DNA of 64,000 nucleotides, taken from positions 1,568,001-1,632,000 of the forward strand of contig CAWGAA010000001.1 of NCBI GenBank assembly GCA_963820525.1, given 5' to 3'. Source of the DNA: an uncultured Spirochaetota bacterium (GTDB lineage: Bacteria > Spirochaetota > Spirochaetia > SZUA-6 > Fen-1364). The notes under the pieces are model-generated. The model was not told the DNA's origin and ran no database searches. It worked only from the letters and a program-made list of their open reading frames with translations. A program made the translations under genes and the position numbers. Shown here one piece after another: positions 1 to 9,083 of this stretch (position 1 is the stretch's first letter; every line of letters begins with the position of its first letter).

Positions 1-54
1 GCAATCGCGAGGCGCTCCGCTGAAAGCGGCAGGAATGCAAAAAGTGAGGCGGCC

Positions 55-1428
55 ATGAAACCCATTATCGACGTCCACGAGCATATCTTCCGGGGCAGGG
101 ACATTCCCCTGAGGGGATACCTGTACGCGCGCACGCTGCAGTGGCACATCAAGCCTCTTGCCTGGTTTGTCTCCCGCACCCTGGCACGGTGCGTCAGGAG
201 GCATGAGGAGGCGAAAAGGCATGGCATCATCTGCCACATCCTGTTCGCCCTTGTGAGGATCTTTCTTGGCAAGGGATACCTGAAGTGGGCTGAAATCCTC
301 TCCCTGCGGGAGATTGCGGACGTAGCCGACCGCCTTGTTTCCACCTTCAGCAAAGACGGAGTCGAGCTGTACGTCCCGCTCGTCGTCGACTATGAATACT
401 GGTTCAAGAACACGCGGGACGCCCAGATCAAGGACCAGATCGACGCGATTTCCCGCGAGATCGTGATCCCGCGCAAGGGAGCGATTCATCCCTTTGTTCC
501 CTTCGACCCCGCGAGGGAGCTTGCGCACAGGGCCGGGTTTCCCATGCCGGACGAGCGCCAAGGAGTCAGGCAGACCGAATACGGCTCGCTCGCGCTCGTG
601 AAGGAAGCGATCAGGAAGAAGGGCTTCATCGGCGTGAAGCTCTACAATGCCCTGGGATACAGGCCCATTGGAAACCGGGAAGTGAACGACAAGCAGAAGC
701 GGATCTTCCGGGACAACGGGATGGAACGATACGCCGTATTCTCGGGCGATGACTTCGACGCCGTGCTCTTCGAGCTTTACCAGTTCTGCGCTCAGGAGCA
801 GGTCCCCATCACGACGCACTGCGCATGTCAAAGCATCGAGGCCTATGACGGGGCGAGCTTCGATTTCGGCGATCCGTGCTCCTGGAGGGGAGTCCTCGAC
901 ATGCTTCCCGAGCTCCACCTGAACCTCGCGCATTTCGGGTGGACCGAAAACCAACGCTACCTGGACGCGGGCTCCCGATCACTCCAGCGGCGGGGGGGCG
1001 AGAAGACCTGGGTGACGCGGATCTGCGAAATGCTGCGCGACTATCCCAACCTCTATGTTGACGTATCGCACCACGAGCTCATGGCGCGCCATGCCGTCTC
1101 GCGCTTCGCCTCGGATTACCGGGCGATGTTCCAGGATTTCCCCAGGCTCCTCCAGAAAAGGCTCCTCTACGGCGTCGATTGGCACGTGATAACGCGGGCG
1201 GGGCGTTTCGAAAACTTCATGGACCTCAACCTTCGGGTCCTGAGGGAAGCCGGCTTCACTTCCGAGGAGATCGAGGATTTCCTCGGCGGCAATGCTCTGC
1301 GCTTCCTCGGCCTTCTCCCTTTGGGCACGCCGCCTTCAGATGGATGGTCGGAAAACAGGCGGAGACTGAAAGACTTCTACGCGGCGAACGCCATCGCGCC
1401 GCAGGCGTGGTTTACCTCGACCGGCTGA
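55..1428 (+). CDS. Amidohydrolase-superfamily (Amidohydro_2-like) metal-dependent hydrolase
   Basis: N-terminal IIDVHEH metal motif, GFIGVKLY, PITTH, LNLAHFG, LYVDVS, LLYGVDW and NALRFLGL; GAGG upstream of ATG. Confidence 0.8.
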   Translation: MKPIIDVHEHIFRGRDIPLRGYLYARTLQWHIKPLAWFVSRTLARCVRRHEEAKRHGIICHILFALVRIFLGKGYLKWAEILSLREIADVADRLVSTFSKDGVELYVPLVVDYEYWFKNTRDAQIKDQIDAISREIVIPRKGAIHPFVPFDPARELAHRAGFPMPDERQGVRQTEYGSLALVKEAIRKKGFIGVKLYNALGYRPIGNREVNDKQKRIFRDNGMERYAVFSGDDFDAVLFELYQFCAQEQVPITTHCACQSIEAYDGASFDFGDPCSWRGVLDMLPELHLNLAHFGWTENQRYLDAGSRSLQRRGGEKTWVTRICEMLRDYPNLYVDVSHHELMARHAVSRFASDYRAMFQDFPRLLQKRLLYGVDWHVITRAGRFENFMDLNLRVLREAGFTSEEIEDFLGGNALRFLGLLPLGTPPSDGWSENRRRLKDFYAANAIAPQAWFTSTG

Positions 1429-1518
1429 GGAGTCTCGCGTAGCCGCTCGATGGAGCGCGCCGGCCGCCGGCATGGTTTCGGGCGCGGCAGCGAAATGCGC
1501 CCGCTCCGCGTCCCCGCC

Positions 1519-3234
1519 TCACTCCCTGCCGCTGAAGGCGGCCACCACGAACACGACGGGCGCGTTATAGTAAATGGCGATCTCGTTCGTCGAATACGAC
1601 GCCGCGTCATCCGTGTAACACCGCGCCGGCGGCTGATCCTGCAGGCTGGATCTCGCGAAGGGGTCCTGGAGGAAGCGATTGGGCCCGCCGGAAACCAGGC
1701 CCGGAACGGGGGGATCGACGTAGTCGCCGAGGGACGGCCTGTTGTGCGGGTGCATGACCGGTTTCCCGCCAAGGGCCGTCACGTAGCATTGGCTCAAGGC
1801 ATTGCGCCCGAAGAGGTAGTGCAGATCGTCCAGCGCCGCGCCGAGCAGCTCCTTGTCGGGGTTGAGCCTGTCCGTGACGATGAAGAGCATTGCCTGGTTC
1901 ATCAGGTTCATGTTGCTTCCCCAGATGTAGTCCTGCTGGCGAAGCGATACCCGATAGCCGTCGTTCTTTCTGACCGCGAGATTCGCCTTGCTGGGGGATA
2001 TGACGGCATCCTTGAGAAGCGATCGGACAATGGCTTTATCCGTCTTATTCTCCTCCGTGAGACAATATGCCAGGGTGCCGAACCCTCCAACCCGCTGCCA
2101 TCCAAAGCCCGTTTTTTTCAGGTCCTTGTCCGTCAGCGCGGCCGCAATATATTGGTTGTAGGGATTCTCCCCCGTGGTCCTGAAGAGCTCCGCGGCGGCC
2201 CAGAATCTTTCGTCCCTGTCGTTGTCGTCACCATACTCTCCGCTTGTGACTCCGGGGGGGTTCCTGAAGCCCGGGACGGAGGGATTCCCGGTGAGCCAGT
2301 TCCACGCGCTCTCCGACGCCGCGAGGCAGCGGACGGCAAACGCATCGTCGAGGGGCTGATACACGCGCGCGGCCATCGCCATCACCGCCGCGAAGTCGGC
2401 CGTGGCCGCGGCCGAGATGGGATAGAATACAAGGCTCGACATGTCCTCGTCGGGCATGGTGGTCAGCTCGGGAAAACCCGCCGAGCTCAGCTTGTGATAC
2501 ACGCCTCCCGAATCGGGATCCTGCATCTTCAGGAGCCACTCCAGCTCATAGCGCGCTTCGTCCAGGACGTCGGCAACCCCGTTTCCGCTCTCCGGTATGC
2601 CGGCGGCGTCAGAGAAGGCCGAGGGAAACAGATCGTAGGCCAGAAGCAGGTCGGCGGCCGCCACCGCGCCCGGGGCGGTATACCTTCCATAGTCTCCGGC
2701 ATCGTGCCAGCCGCCCGTGCCGTCTCTTTTCACATCGGTACCGAATATCGTGCCATCCTTCAGGTGGCACGCCCCATGTTTCCACACCCCCGCGAACTTC
2801 TCTTTCAGCGCAATTCCGCACCTCTGGAAATACAGGCCCTTTTCCACAATATCTTTCGCCCGCGCGTACACGTTCGCCGAAATGGAGAAATCGTAGGATT
2901 TCCCCAGGCCTGCCACCGAGACGTAGTATGTGCCGGGTATCGCCAGGCTGGAAAAGTCTCCGGTATAGACCATATCCCCGCTGGAATCGTCCTCGACGGG
3001 CTCCACAGCCTGTCCTGAATAAACGCGCCTGCCGCTCGCTTGATCCCGTATCTCGAAGGGACCGCCCCTGCCCGCGACGAGCACCTGCTTCGCGTCGCTC
3101 GTGCGGTAGCCGATCTGGTCGATGTGGATCGAGGGGCTGACCTCGACGGCCTCTGTCTCGCCCGAACAGATGCCCTGCGCGATGGGGAAAAGGGCCGCAA
3201 TCATGGCGATGGTGATCCGTAGTGCCGTCTTCAT
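1519..3234 (-). CDS. Glycoside hydrolase family 9 (endoglucanase-like) with signal peptide and N-terminal Ig-like domain
   Basis: IDQIGY Ig-domain start, GWHDAGDYGRY catalytic Asp motif, HPHNR, C-terminal STNEIAIYYNA catalytic Glu motif; GGAG RBS. Confidence 0.92.
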   Translation of the reverse strand: MKTALRITIAMIAALFPIAQGICSGETEAVEVSPSIHIDQIGYRTSDAKQVLVAGRGGPFEIRDQASGRRVYSGQAVEPVEDDSSGDMVYTGDFSSLAIPGTYYVSVAGLGKSYDFSISANVYARAKDIVEKGLYFQRCGIALKEKFAGVWKHGACHLKDGTIFGTDVKRDGTGGWHDAGDYGRYTAPGAVAAADLLLAYDLFPSAFSDAAGIPESGNGVADVLDEARYELEWLLKMQDPDSGGVYHKLSSAGFPELTTMPDEDMSSLVFYPISAAATADFAAVMAMAARVYQPLDDAFAVRCLAASESAWNWLTGNPSVPGFRNPPGVTSGEYGDDNDRDERFWAAAELFRTTGENPYNQYIAAALTDKDLKKTGFGWQRVGGFGTLAYCLTEENKTDKAIVRSLLKDAVISPSKANLAVRKNDGYRVSLRQQDYIWGSNMNLMNQAMLFIVTDRLNPDKELLGAALDDLHYLFGRNALSQCYVTALGGKPVMHPHNRPSLGDYVDPPVPGLVSGGPNRFLQDPFARSSLQDQPPARCYTDDAASYSTNEIAIYYNAPVVFVVAAFSGRE

Positions 3235-3298
3235 CTCCGCTCTCCTCGCGTCGTTTCGGGCGTGCCCAGCTCATCGCGCTCCTTGAGTTTTGCACCCG

Positions 3299-3350
3299 AT
3301 CATGGGGGGCTCGGGCCCGGTTGTCAAGGCGTTCGATTTCACTCTATCCT
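3299..3350. promoter_or_regulatory. Overlapping divergent sigma70-type promoters for GH9 (-) and pepT (+)
   Basis: Minus strand TTGACA-17-CATGAT (3327..3299); plus strand TTGTCA-18-TATCCT (3321..3350). Confidence 0.5.
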
Positions 3351-3357
3351 TTGGCGC

Positions 3358-4596
3358 ATGATCGACGAAGAGCGCCTCCTGGAGCGCTTCTGCCGCTATG
3401 CCCGCCGGGAAACGACCTCAAACAGGCACGCGGGGACCATCCCCTCCACGGAAGCCCAGCGGGAGTTCGCCCAGGCCCTCGCCGAGGAGCTGCGGGGGCT
3501 CTCTCCCCGTTCCGTCGAGATCGACGAACACGCGTTCGTCATTGCCCGATTCGAGGCCGCTCCCCCGTACATCGGGCTCATGGCCCACATGGACACGAGC
3601 GCCGATGCCCCGGGGGCCGGCGTGCGTCCCATTGTCCACCGCGGCTACGACGGAGCCGCCATACGCCTTTCCGGGGGGCTCACGCTGGACCCGGCCGAGT
3701 ACCCCGAGCTCGCCGGGCGGGTCGGGGACACGATCGTCACCTCGGACGGCACAACCCTTCTGGGAGCGGACGACAAGGCAGGCATCGCGGCCGTCATCAC
3801 CGCCTTGGAGCACATCACGGCTCACCCCGAGATACCCCGCTGTTCGCTTGAGGTCATCTTCACCCCCGACGAGGAAACGGGACTGGGAATGTCGCTCTTC
3901 CCGCTCTCGCGCCTGAAAAGCCGCGTATGCTATACGGTGGATGGAGGGGAAGAGGGAACCATCGAGGCAGAATGCTTCGAGGCGTACAGGGTGAAGGTTG
4001 TTTTCGTGGGGAAGAGCATCCACCTGGGAACCGCGCGAGGAAAGCTCGTAAACGCGGTTGAAATGGCGGGAAGCTTCCTCGCCCTCCTTCCCCGCTCCGA
4101 GAGCCCCGAGGCGGTCGACGGACGCTACGGCTACTACTGCCCCCTCGAGATCAGGGGCGCGCTGGAAGAGGCGGAGCTGGAAGTCTTCATCCGGGACTTC
4201 GAGGAGCATGAGTGCCGCCGGCGCATCGAGGCGCTCCGCGCCATGGCCGCGGCGGTCCAAGAGGCCTATCCCGGCGGGACGGTCCGCATCGAGCCGGAGA
4301 AGCAGTACTCGAACATGAAGCGCCGTCTCGACGAGCACCCCCGAGTGCTGGAGCTCCTCAGGAAGGCGATCTCCCTCTCGGGGCTCACGCCGGTCGAGAA
4401 GGCCATCCGCGGCGGGACCGACGGATCCCGCCTCACGGAGATGGGGGTTCCGACCCCCAACCTCTTCACGGGAGCCCACAACTTTCATTCCCGCCTGGAA
4501 TGGGTGTCGCTCTCGGGGATGGTCAGGGCCGCCGAGACAATCGTGCACCTGGCGGGGTTGTGGGCATCGGCGGGAAGCGAAGGAGAGACCCGATGA
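3358..4596 (+). CDS. pepT: Peptidase T (M20B tripeptide aminopeptidase)
   Basis: AHMDTS, LLGADDKAG, FTPDEETG, YTVDG, IRGGTDGSRL, NFHS motifs; start placed at ATG 3358 (MIDEERLLERF). Confidence 0.93.
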   Translation: MIDEERLLERFCRYARRETTSNRHAGTIPSTEAQREFAQALAEELRGLSPRSVEIDEHAFVIARFEAAPPYIGLMAHMDTSADAPGAGVRPIVHRGYDGAAIRLSGGLTLDPAEYPELAGRVGDTIVTSDGTTLLGADDKAGIAAVITALEHITAHPEIPRCSLEVIFTPDEETGLGMSLFPLSRLKSRVCYTVDGGEEGTIEAECFEAYRVKVVFVGKSIHLGTARGKLVNAVEMAGSFLALLPRSESPEAVDGRYGYYCPLEIRGALEEAELEVFIRDFEEHECRRRIEALRAMAAAVQEAYPGGTVRIEPEKQYSNMKRRLDEHPRVLELLRKAISLSGLTPVEKAIRGGTDGSRLTEMGVPTPNLFTGAHNFHSRLEWVSLSGMVRAAETIVHLAGLWASAGSEGETR

Positions 4597-5723
4597 GCAG
4601 CCTGGTGTGGGTGGAGCTGGATGGGAAGGCCCCAGAAAGCAACCTCGGGGAGCTCCGCAGGGGCTCCGCCCCCGGAGTGAAGTTCTGTGCGGTGGTGAAG
4701 GCCAATGCCTATGGACACGGTGTTTCAGAAATGGTGGGGCTTCTCCCTTCGGCGGACTGGTTCGGGGTGAACTCCCTGGATGAAGGCTTGAAGCTCCGCA
4801 GCCTGGGGGTTTCCCGGCCAATCGTGCTCCTGGGCCACGTCCCTCTAGATCGCCTGGCCGAGGCGGTTGAAGGGGACTTGAGCATCACCGTCTTCAACAG
4901 GGAGACCATCGAGAAGCTCTCCACCCTCCCCCGCTCGATGCGGCAGGCCAAGGTCCACCTCAAGGTGGAGACGGGCACGGGCCGTCAGGGCATTCTTCCC
5001 TGCGACCTGGAAGGCTTCCTCGAATCGCTCGCCGCCGCGGCAAACGTGCGCCTCGAGGGCCTTTCGACTCACTTCGCCAACATCGAGGATACCCTGAATC
5101 ACGCCTACGCCGACATGCAGCTGGAGGTCTTCACCCAGGCCCTCGCCACCGTTGAGAAGCTCGCCGGCAGGCCGCCCATCGTGCATACGGCGAGCACGGC
5201 CGCCACCATCCTCTTTCCCAAGACCCATTTCACGATGCTGCGGGTCGGCATCGGGCTGTACGGGCTGTGGCCGTCGCGGGAGACCTATCTTTCCGCGCGG
5301 CAGGACAGGCAGCCGGTGCCGCGCCTTGTACCCGTGCTTGCCTGGAAGACGAGAATAGTTCAGGTGAAGAAGCTCCCCGAGGGAAGCTACGTGGGCTACG
5401 GGTGCAGCTACAGGACCACGCGTGAGACCGTTGTGGGCGTCCTTCCCATGGGATACTCGGATGGATACGACAGGGCCCTGGGCAACAGGGCATACGTGCT
5501 GGTGCGCGGAAAGCGGGCGCCGGTCATCGGCAGAATCTGCATGAACCTCACCATGGTGGACCTCACCGATATTCCCGGGGCGCGCCTGGAAGAGGAGGTC
5601 GTCCTGCTCGGCGCCTCGGGAGAAGAGCGGATCAGCGTGGAGACGATGGCAGAATGGGCCGGGACGATAAACTATGAGATCGTTGCGAGGATCAGCACTC
5701 TCATTCCCCGAGTTGTCGTCTAG
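4593..5723 (+). CDS. alr: Alanine racemase
   Basis: AVVKANAYGHG PLP-lysine motif, HLKVETG, GYSDG, GRICMN, TINYEI; ATGA overlap with the pepT stop. Confidence 0.95.
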   Translation: MSSLVWVELDGKAPESNLGELRRGSAPGVKFCAVVKANAYGHGVSEMVGLLPSADWFGVNSLDEGLKLRSLGVSRPIVLLGHVPLDRLAEAVEGDLSITVFNRETIEKLSTLPRSMRQAKVHLKVETGTGRQGILPCDLEGFLESLAAAANVRLEGLSTHFANIEDTLNHAYADMQLEVFTQALATVEKLAGRPPIVHTASTAATILFPKTHFTMLRVGIGLYGLWPSRETYLSARQDRQPVPRLVPVLAWKTRIVQVKKLPEGSYVGYGCSYRTTRETVVGVLPMGYSDGYDRALGNRAYVLVRGKRAPVIGRICMNLTMVDLTDIPGARLEEEVVLLGASGEERISVETMAEWAGTINYEIVARISTLIPRVVV

Positions 5724-5729
5724 CGGGCG

Positions 5730-5894
5730 CTAATCGGAGAAGAACTCCCCGTAGAGCTTTTTAGCGCACTCGGAGCAGATTCCGTGGCTGACGAGGGCTA
5801 CGCTGGGATCCCGCACCGTGCCGACGAGCTTGATGATCTTGTTGCACTCGGCGCAAATGCAGACCAGTCCTTCCCTCTTGCCTACTTTCTCCAT
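5730..5894 (-). CDS. 54-aa small zinc-finger-like protein (CxxC...SHGICxxC), absent from the ORF track
   Basis: Manual translation MEKVGKREGLVCICAECNKIIKLVGTVRDPSVALVSHGICSECAKKLYGEFFSD; GGAGG RBS; own promoter. Confidence 0.8.
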   Translation of the reverse strand: MEKVGKREGLVCICAECNKIIKLVGTVRDPSVALVSHGICSECAKKLYGEFFSD

Positions 5895-5914
5895 CTTCCC
5901 CTCCCAATATCGCC

Positions 5915-5943
5915 ATTATTGCCAAAAAAACGGCTATTGTCAA
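5915..5943 (-). promoter_or_regulatory. Sigma70-type promoter of the 54-aa zinc-finger gene
   Basis: TTGACA-17 nt-AATAAT on the minus strand within an AT-rich patch. Confidence 0.7.
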
Positions 5944-5966
5944 ATAGATTATCTTTCATCGCTTTT

Positions 5967-6128
5967 TCACCACTGCGACCGCCAAACATACCCGCAGACG
6001 CCGCATTCGTACCACACGACGGAGAGTCCGCGGCTGAGCTCCCTCACCTTGTAACCAGTGCACCGTGGGCATTTCACCGCCCTGAAGCGCGGTGGCGCGC
6101 CCGAAGAATCATCGCAGCAACCAGACAT
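5967..6128 (-). CDS. 53-aa small zinc-ribbon protein (CPxC...YECxxCGYxW), absent from the ORF track
   Basis: Manual translation MSGCCDDSSGAPPRFRAVKCPRCTGYKVRELSRGLSVVWYECGVCGYVWRSQW; purine-rich GGAGAGAGGCGGTGA upstream. Confidence 0.65.
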   Translation of the reverse strand: MSGCCDDSSGAPPRFRAVKCPRCTGYKVRELSRGLSVVWYECGVCGYVWRSQW

Positions 6129-6234
6129 GGCTCACCGCCTCTCTCCCCGATTATCGGCAGACCGGGGCCCGGCAAGTACTCGCGTGACCATGATTTCAGG
6201 CGGAAAGTACCTTTATGCCCAAGAGGAGAACGAA

Positions 6235-6765
6235 ATGGCTCTCGTGACATTCAAAGGCACTACAGCCCGCACCCGGGGACAGCTTCCCCGCCTTGGCTCC
6301 CGCGCTCCTGATTTCGTCCTCACGAAGGACGCCCTGAGCGACGTGAGCCTCGCGGATTTCAAGGGGAAACGAAAGATCCTGAACATCGTCGTAAGCCTCG
6401 ATACGGGGGTATGCGCCGCCTCGGCGCGGGCATTCAACACGGCGGCGTCAGAGCTCCCCGATACCGTGATTCTCACCATCAGCAACGACCTGCCCTTCGC
6501 CCAGAAGCGTTTCTGCGAAACGGAGAAAATCGAGAAGGTTGTTCCACTCTCTCAGCTTCGAAACAGGGATTTCGGAAAGAGCTACGGAGCCGAGATGATC
6601 GAGGGTCCCCTGACGGGTCTTCTCTCCCGCGCGATCGTCGTGCTCGACGAGAACGACAAGGTAGTCTATACCGAGCAGGTTCCCGAGATAACACAGGAAC
6701 CCGACTACGCGAAAGCGCTCGACGCGGTCCGATCGGCGGGGCAGACGGGCCGAAAATCGGCCTGA
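6235..6765 (+). CDS. tpx: Thiol peroxidase (atypical 2-Cys peroxiredoxin)
   Basis: SLDTGVCA peroxidatic Cys, DLPFAQKRFC, LLSRA, EPDY; GAGGAG RBS before ATG 6235. Confidence 0.93.
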   Translation: MALVTFKGTTARTRGQLPRLGSRAPDFVLTKDALSDVSLADFKGKRKILNIVVSLDTGVCAASARAFNTAASELPDTVILTISNDLPFAQKRFCETEKIEKVVPLSQLRNRDFGKSYGAEMIEGPLTGLLSRAIVVLDENDKVVYTEQVPEITQEPDYAKALDAVRSAGQTGRKSA

Positions 6766-6814
6766 GGGCGGCGTTACCGCTATCGGGGCCCTGGGCCCAC
6801 AGCGGGAGCGCCCA

Positions 6815-8125
6815 TCAGGGGGCCGAGTCCTTGAATATCTTGTTCGCCTGCGCCTCCAGGTCGGAAAGCGTTGCATCCGGGTCCGCGCCTTCGAGGATCC
6901 TGCTGTACGCTGCGCTGATTGCATCGCGCACCAGGTCGTATCCCGCGTAGGGCGGCTCGGACTTGAGGTCCACGCTCTTGAGGAGGTTCCAGGCCGTGGC
7001 GAACCGAGGGTCCGAGTCGAAAAGACCCTTGATCAGGGGCTCGGCCGACTTTCGAACGGGGAAATAGCGGGAAACCATCGTCCACGCGGCCTGCTGCTTG
7101 GGCTCCGAGAACCACTTGATGAAGAGCCAGGCGGCCAGCTGCTTCCGGGGGTCAGTCTTGGGGACGCTGACGCTCGCCCCGTACAGGTCGATGGCCGGGG
7201 GGCGCGACGTTGAAGTTTGCGGCACCGGGGCCACGTTCCACGGGAACGGCCCGCTCTTGCCCGCCTTGACCGCGGCGTCGTAGAAGGGCAGGCCCGAGGT
7301 CGACGATACGGTGAACAGGCACTTTCCGTTTCCGAACTCGTTCTGATCGTCGTACTGCTTGGCCACTTTGCGGGCGTAGCCCTGGCGGTAGAGATCCCGC
7401 ATGAAAACCATGGCATCCTTCACTTGCGGAGTGTTCAGCGTGTATCCCCTGCCGTCCGCGCGGGCAATGGAGCCGCCGCGCGAGATGACGAAGCCGAATA
7501 CATGCGACGCGTCGATGTTGTCCAGCGCGTAGCCGTATGTGTCTTTCGCCTTGTCCGTGGCCTTCCTGCAGTCGGAGGCGAACTCGTCCCACGTCCTTGG
7601 GGGAGCGCTCACTCCGAGGCTCTTCAGCCAGATCTGGTTGTAGTACAGAACCTCGATGGACCTGTTGGGCGGGAAGCCCAGCCTCTTTCCGCCGAACATG
7701 GCATTCACGTCCTGGTTGATGAACCCCTGGATGAAGTCGGAAAGCTCCGCCTTCATGCCCCACTTCGGGTCGTTCACGTACGGGTTCAAGTCCATCAGGC
7801 TGTCGTTCACTTCATAGGTGGCGGCCTGGTTCTGGTATGCCACGACGAGCCCCGGGGGATTGCCGGCGGCGAGCGCGGCGATCATCTTGTTGTAGATCTG
7901 GTTATAATTGCCTTCGTAGCTTCCGTTCACCGTGATCTTCCACGGGTTTGTCGAGTTGAACTCGTCGATCAGCTTCTTCATGGCCGTGTCGCGGTCCTGG
8001 GAATGCTGGTACCAGAAGCTCACCGTCTGTCTGCTGGGGTCCACGCCGGCCAGGGCCGAGCTCTGGCCGAAGAGGACCAGCGGGATCGCGAGCAAAAAGG
8101 CGAGACACAGAATGGATTTCTTCAT
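6815..8125 (-). CDS. Carbohydrate ABC transporter substrate-binding protein (UgpB-like)
   Basis: Signal peptide, LYYN, PPRTWDE, AAWLFIKW; GGAGG RBS; adjacent permeases. Confidence 0.88.
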   Translation of the reverse strand: MKKSILCLAFLLAIPLVLFGQSSALAGVDPSRQTVSFWYQHSQDRDTAMKKLIDEFNSTNPWKITVNGSYEGNYNQIYNKMIAALAAGNPPGLVVAYQNQAATYEVNDSLMDLNPYVNDPKWGMKAELSDFIQGFINQDVNAMFGGKRLGFPPNRSIEVLYYNQIWLKSLGVSAPPRTWDEFASDCRKATDKAKDTYGYALDNIDASHVFGFVISRGGSIARADGRGYTLNTPQVKDAMVFMRDLYRQGYARKVAKQYDDQNEFGNGKCLFTVSSTSGLPFYDAAVKAGKSGPFPWNVAPVPQTSTSRPPAIDLYGASVSVPKTDPRKQLAAWLFIKWFSEPKQQAAWTMVSRYFPVRKSAEPLIKGLFDSDPRFATAWNLLKSVDLKSEPPYAGYDLVRDAISAAYSRILEGADPDATLSDLEAQANKIFKDSAP

Positions 8126-8204
8126 ACGGCCTCCTCAAAGAATCTCTCCCCGGAGCGGCGGGGCGAAGGGAGCCCCGGCCTCCGCGCCGGCAAGCGCTGG
8201 TGAC

Positions 8205-9083
8205 CTATCCTTTTATCCCACTGCGGGAGATAGCCTCCGTAAACTGCCTCTGCGCGACAAAATAGAGAAGGAGAACGGGCACGACGGCAATGACTGCGCC
8301 GGCCATGCTGAGCTGGGCCTGCGGACCCGCTTCGGAGAGAAAGGTTGTGAGCCCCACGGTGATCGGCCGCCACCTTGGAGAGCCCGTGACGACCAGGGGC
8401 CACTGCAGCGCGTTCCACGAGCCCAAGAAGGCGAGGAACGCAACCGTGGCGAGGGGCGCCCGGGATAGCGGCAGGACGATGGAGAAAAGGGAGCGGCCGT
8501 GACCGGCGCCGTCGATTCGCGCCGCCTCCAGGAGCTCGTTGGGAAGCTGGGCGAAGAACTGCCGCAGCAGGAAGATGGAGAAGGCGCTGGCCATGAAGGG
8601 AACGGTCAAGCCGGAAAGCGTATCGTACCATCCGAGGCGCACCACGATGAGGAAATTCGGCACCAGGTACACGCTCTCGGGGATGATGAGCGTGGCCAGG
8701 AACACCGCAAAAACCGCCTCCTTTGCGGCGAAGCGGATCTTGGCGAAGGCGTACGCCGCAGGCGTCGAGGTGACGAGCACTCCGAGAACCGTCAGGGCGG
8801 CGATCAGCACGCTGTTCTTGAAATAGAGGCTGAAGCTTGCCGCATTCCACGCCGTCGCGTAGTTGTTCCACTGGGGGGCGCGCGGCCAGAAGTCGGCCGC
8901 AAAGGGGATCGGGCTCACGCGCGTGATCGTCTCCGCGAGGGTCTTGAGCGAGGTGCTGACCATGGAGAGGAACGGGAGAAGCGCGGCCAGGGCGCCGACG
9001 AGCAGGACGGCGAAAATAGCCGCCTTGCCCCAGGGGAAGGGGGGCTTCACCCGGCGGCCCGGCGCAGCGGCGTCAGTCCCCAT
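8205..9083 (-). CDS. Carbohydrate ABC transporter permease (MalG/UgpE-like)
   Basis: EAA loop LLEAARIDGAG, multiple TM segments. Confidence 0.92.
   Translation of the reverse strand: MGTDAAAPGRRVKPPFPWGKAAIFAVLLVGALAALLPFLSMVSTSLKTLAETITRVSPIPFAADFWPRAPQWNNYATAWNAASFSLYFKNSVLIAALTVLGVLVTSTPAAYAFAKIRFAAKEAVFAVFLATLIIPESVYLVPNFLIVVRLGWYDTLSGLTVPFMASAFSIFLLRQFFAQLPNELLEAARIDGAGHGRSLFSIVLPLSRAPLATVAFLAFLGSWNALQWPLVVTGSPRWRPITVGLTTFLSEAGPQAQLSMAGAVIAVVPVLLLYFVAQRQFTEAISRSGIKG

Noticed and set aside
1450..3018. Long antisense and alternate-frame ORFs (e.g. 1450..3018, 8863..10491, 22600..24141, 35962..37770, 38044..40068, 44133..45824)
   Set aside because: Shadow ORFs of well-supported genes, expected in high-GC DNA; no motifs; Arg/Gly/Pro-rich composition
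4212..4592. Apparent N-terminal extensions in the ORF track (alr from 4212, helicase partner from 47202, beta-barrel from 61716, 16024..16989, 31150..32106)
   Set aside because: They overlap upstream genes; better starts lie at 4-nt stop/start overlaps or behind clear RBSs
5761..6311. Track ORFs 5761..5943, 5784..6311 and 5818..6054
   Set aside because: No recognisable motifs; the region is better explained by two short Cys-rich minus-strand ORFs with RBS and promoter
8130..8200. GC-rich stem between the permease and binding-protein genes as a riboswitch or terminator
   Set aside because: No recognisable aptamer motif or U-tract; could be an mRNA-stabilising hairpin but unsupported
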